From Wolbachia endosymbiont of Cimex lectularius (GTDB lineage Bacteria; Pseudomonadota; Alphaproteobacteria; Rickettsiales; Anaplasmataceae), in contig NZ_AP013028.1 of NCBI RefSeq assembly GCF_000829315.1, forward strand, positions 30,001 to 62,000: a stretch of DNA of 32,000 bases, in the 5' to 3' direction. Positions 28,993 through 32,000 of the stretch are shown one piece after another. The notes beneath the pieces are model-generated. The model was given only the letters and a program-made list of their open reading frames with translations, did not search any database and was not told the origin of the DNA. Positions within the stretch are counted from its first letter, which is position 1. The number at the start of each line of letters is the position of its first letter. The position numbers and the translations under genes are program-made.

Positions 28993-31554
28993 TTAAACCT
29001 TTTTAACTAAGATTTTGTTACCAGAAGCGTACACTATTAGCTCATCACCTTCTGTTACTTCCCCCGATAAAACTAACTTAGCTAGATTATTTTGAATACA
29101 CTCCTGTATTACTCTTTTTAGCGGTCTTGCTCCATACTCAGGATCATAGCCAGCTTGCGCTATTAGTTTCTTAGCTTCCTCTGACAGATTTATACTTAGT
29201 TTGCGCTTAGCAAGTGTTTTTTGTAAATAAGAAAACTGGACATCTATAATTTTATAAATGTCGTCCTTGGTTAAACTGTGGAATATAATAATCTCATCTA
29301 GTCTGTTTAGAAATTCCGGACGAAATGCAGATTTAACTATTTGCATCACTTCGCTTTTTACAGAGTCAGTAGCTCCCTTTAGCATTATCTCAGCACCAAG
29401 ATTAGAAGTTAAAATTAATATGGTATTGCGGAAATCAATTAATTTGCCGTAGCTATCGGTAAGTCTGCCTTCATCCAAAATCTGCAGTAATAGATTGAAT
29501 ATATCTGGATTTGCTTTTTCTATCTCATCAAACAAAATTACCTGATATGGTCTCCTTCTTACTGCCTCAGTCAACCTGCCGCCTTGTTCATAGCCAACAT
29601 ATCCAGGAGGTGCGCCAATTAGCTTTGAAACGGAGTGTTTTTCCATATACTCTGACATGTCAAAACGCAAAAGTGCTGATTGGTCATCAAACAAAAATTC
29701 GGCAAGGGCTTTCGCAAGTTCCGTTTTTCCAACTCCGGTTGGGCCCAAGAATAAAAATGAACCAAAAGGCCGATTAGTGTCTTGCACACCAGAACGAGAG
29801 CGCCTAACTGCATTACTTATTGCTTCTATTGCATCCTTTTGTCCTATCACTCTTTTTCCTATTTCATTCTCCATGTTAAGGAGCTTTTCTTTTTCACTGT
29901 GCATCATGTTATCAACTGGAATTCCTGTCCACTTTGAAACAATATTTGCAATGTCATTCTCAGTAACTTCTTTCTTTAGGAAGCTATCAGTGACTTTCTC
30001 CTGATTTTTTAATTCATTTTCAAGCTGAGGAATTACACCATACATTAGCTCTCCTGCCTTTTCTAAATTTCCACTGCGCTGAGCTAATTCTAGTTCTTTT
30101 CTAGCGTTATCTAATTTTTCTGCTGTTTCTTGAATTCTAGCTATTTTATTCTTTTCCATCTGCCATTTACTATTTAAGTCAGCAAACTTACTATTTAGGT
30201 TTTCGATTTCTTCGTTTATCCTCTTTAAACGCTGCTTGGAGTTTTCATCATGTTCTTTTTTTAGAGCCTCTGACTCAATTTTTAGCTGTACGATCTTCCT
30301 CTCAAGTTCATCAATAACCTCAGGTTTACTATCCATTTCAATTCTCACCCTACTTGCCGCTTCATCAATTAAATCAATCGCTTTATCAGGTAAAAACCTG
30401 TCTGTTATGTATCTATTGGATAATGTTGCAGCAGCAATTATTGTACCATCTGTAATCCTAATACCGTGGTGCACTTCGTACCTCTCCTTTAGACCCCTCA
30501 GTATTGAAATAGTATCAGTTTCAGTTGGTTGAGAAATAAACACAGGCTGGAAACGCCTTGCAAGTGCAGGATCTTTTTCTATATGTTCGCGATATTCATC
30601 CAAAGTTGTGGCTCCTATACAGCGAATTTCTCCACGTGCAAGAGCAGGCTTTAGCAAATTTGAAGCATCCATTGCACCACTTGTTGCTCCTGCTCCAACT
30701 AAAGTGTGTAATTCATCGATGAATAATATAATTTTTCCCTCTGCTTTTGAAATCTCATTAATAACCGCCTTTAGCCTTTCTTCAAACTCCCCCCTGAATT
30801 TTGTTCCGGCAATCAACGCACCAAGATCTAGGGCTAAAACTTTTGCATCACGCAAACCAAGCGGCACATCGTTTGCAACAATTCTATTTGCAAGCCCCTC
30901 AACTATCGCAGTCTTTCCAACACCCGGTTCACCTATCAGCACGGGATTATTCTTTGTTCGCCTTAGTGACACCTGCATAGTTCTTCTTATCTCCTCATCA
31001 CGACCAATTACAGGATCAAGCTTTCCTTGCATAGCAAGCTCTGTAATATCTTTTGTATATTTCTTTGCTGCATTTAGTTTTTCCTCGCTATTTGGCGAGT
31101 CTGCATTGTTGCCCTTTCTCATTTCTGCAATGACTGAGTTCAACTTTTGTGGAGTTACACCATTTTCCATTAAAATTCTACCCACAGTATCATCTTTTTG
31201 TGCAGCAAAACCCTGTAGTAAACGCTCAACGGTAACAAATGAATCTTTATTTCTCCTTGCAATACCAATTGAATCTTCAAAAACTTTTGCCACTTCTCTT
31301 GAAAGTTGGAGGCTACTACTTCCCGGACCTTCAACTACTGGAAACTTTCTAATTGCGCTATCCACAGCATCGGAAATATTTTGCACATTTCCACCACAAG
31401 CGCCTATTAAATCCTGGACTAAACCCGATTCATCTTCGAGCATCACCTTTAGTAAATGCTCAGGCATAAAAACCTGATGCCCAGCTCCCAATGCTTTCAT
31501 TTGGGCACTTTGAATTAGGCTTTTTGCTTTTTCGGTAAATTTATTTAAGTCCAT
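28993..31554 (-). CDS. clpB: ATP-dependent chaperone ClpB
   Basis: Two AAA domains ([36 protein letters not shown]), coiled-coil middle domain, VSKWTGIPV. Confidence 0.98.
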   Translation of the reverse strand: MDLNKFTEKAKSLIQSAQMKALGAGHQVFMPEHLLKVMLEDESGLVQDLIGACGGNVQNISDAVDSAIRKFPVVEGPGSSSLQLSREVAKVFEDSIGIARRNKDSFVTVERLLQGFAAQKDDTVGRILMENGVTPQKLNSVIAEMRKGNNADSPNSEEKLNAAKKYTKDITELAMQGKLDPVIGRDEEIRRTMQVSLRRTKNNPVLIGEPGVGKTAIVEGLANRIVANDVPLGLRDAKVLALDLGALIAGTKFRGEFEERLKAVINEISKAEGKIILFIDELHTLVGAGATSGAMDASNLLKPALARGEIRCIGATTLDEYREHIEKDPALARRFQPVFISQPTETDTISILRGLKERYEVHHGIRITDGTIIAAATLSNRYITDRFLPDKAIDLIDEAASRVRIEMDSKPEVIDELERKIVQLKIESEALKKEHDENSKQRLKRINEEIENLNSKFADLNSKWQMEKNKIARIQETAEKLDNARKELELAQRSGNLEKAGELMYGVIPQLENELKNQEKVTDSFLKKEVTENDIANIVSKWTGIPVDNMMHSEKEKLLNMENEIGKRVIGQKDAIEAISNAVRRSRSGVQDTNRPFGSFLFLGPTGVGKTELAKALAEFLFDDQSALLRFDMSEYMEKHSVSKLIGAPPGYVGYEQGGRLTEAVRRRPYQVILFDEIEKANPDIFNLLLQILDEGRLTDSYGKLIDFRNTILILTSNLGAEIMLKGATDSVKSEVMQIVKSAFRPEFLNRLDEIIIFHSLTKDDIYKIIDVQFSYLQKTLAKRKLSINLSEEAKKLIAQAGYDPEYGARPLKRVIQECIQNNLAKLVLSGEVTEGDELIVYASGNKILVKKV

Positions 31555-31710
31555 AATATAAGTTTAACTCGTATTTGTCGGTATATATAGCAACTGCTTT
31601 TCTAATTTCAAGCTAGGAGCTGTTCATTGCCAGGCAAAAATTCATGTTGCAGAGGTGGTGGTATAAATAATTCTGGAGGTTATGCCCATTAATCGCTAAT
31701 TTCGCTATTG

Positions 31711-32000
31711 GACTTCTCACATAGTTTTTGGCAGCATGCTAGGTGTATAGAAACAAAAAAAACTGCTTGACAACCTTCACCGACTTCATTATCATAGTAG
31801 TAAGGGTATTTCTGACTCAAAACTTGTTTTTGATCTGTAGGCTCAATGACAAAATTCAGTAAAAAACTCAGGGTATTTTTTGGCGGATTGTATCAAATTA
31901 TAGCGGCTGCATGTCTTTTTCATTTTTTCTACATTCAGCCAAATCGCGCTTGAACTAAGCGTCAGTAAATTATTATAGCGCCAATTTAAAGTATTATAGA
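31711..32000 (+). repeat. Copy D of dispersed promoter-bearing intergenic repeat, truncated by the window end
   Basis: gacttctcacatagtttttggcagcatgctaggtgtat, TTGACA (31767)-N17-TATCAT (31790), later AAATCGCGCTTGAACTAAGCG...AGCGCCAATTTAAA. Confidence 0.72.
31767..31795 (+). promoter_or_regulatory. sigma70-type promoter in repeat copy D
   Basis: TTGACA (31767-31772), 17 nt, TATCAT (31790-31795). Confidence 0.55.

Noticed and set aside
29258-30532. Several further ORFs antisense or internal to clpB (29258-29452, 29511-29777, 29619-29813, 29657-30004, 30236-30532)
   Set aside because: Overlap the conserved clpB frame and show no family motifs; byproducts of its codon composition.
30608-31477. 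289-aa plus-strand ORF
   Set aside because: Fully antisense to the clearly coding clpB; low-complexity Ser/Phe-rich composition typical of shadow ORFs.
31600-31680. Weak similarity between CCAGGCAAAAATTCATG here and CAGGCAGAAAGG near 28820
   Set aside because: The shared stretch is too short to distinguish from chance without a genome-wide search.

Overview
The window is a Wolbachia-type Rickettsiales chromosome segment, low GC and mostly ordinary core genes. It runs from a partial wsp (surface protein) through ybaB, dnaX, a glutathione S-transferase-like gene, an O-methyltransferase, a DsbA-like gene, a RatA/COQ10-like gene, an MlaC-like gene, a broken folC, lysC, a perM-like gene, a DnaA/Hda-like gene, a xerC/D recombinase, plsC, rpsT, gltA, rnpB, ctrA, gpsA, pgpA, a GNAT gene, an IS-disrupted PAS-domain gene, sdhB, ybeY, an EVE-domain gene, ftsZ, a comM/yifB-like gene and clpB. 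I found no CRISPR array, phage module, toxin-antitoxin or defence island. The best novelty candidate is a dispersed intergenic repeat family with four same-strand copies (about 9333, 15576, 28304 and 31711). Each copy carries a near-consensus sigma70 promoter, TTGACA-N17-TATNAT-like, with exactly 17 nt spacing. Downstream sequence is conserved, with hairpins and tandem modules, and looks like a candidate small-RNA or mobile non-coding element family. Other notable points are an IS5-family element nested in a second, oppositely oriented copy with clean 3-bp TNA duplications. The nested pair interrupts a PAS gene whose frame is restored by in-silico excision. The transposase is split across two poly-A runs, folC is frameshifted and internally deleted, and there are several small palindromic elements. 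All homology calls are from memory of protein families; no search was run.
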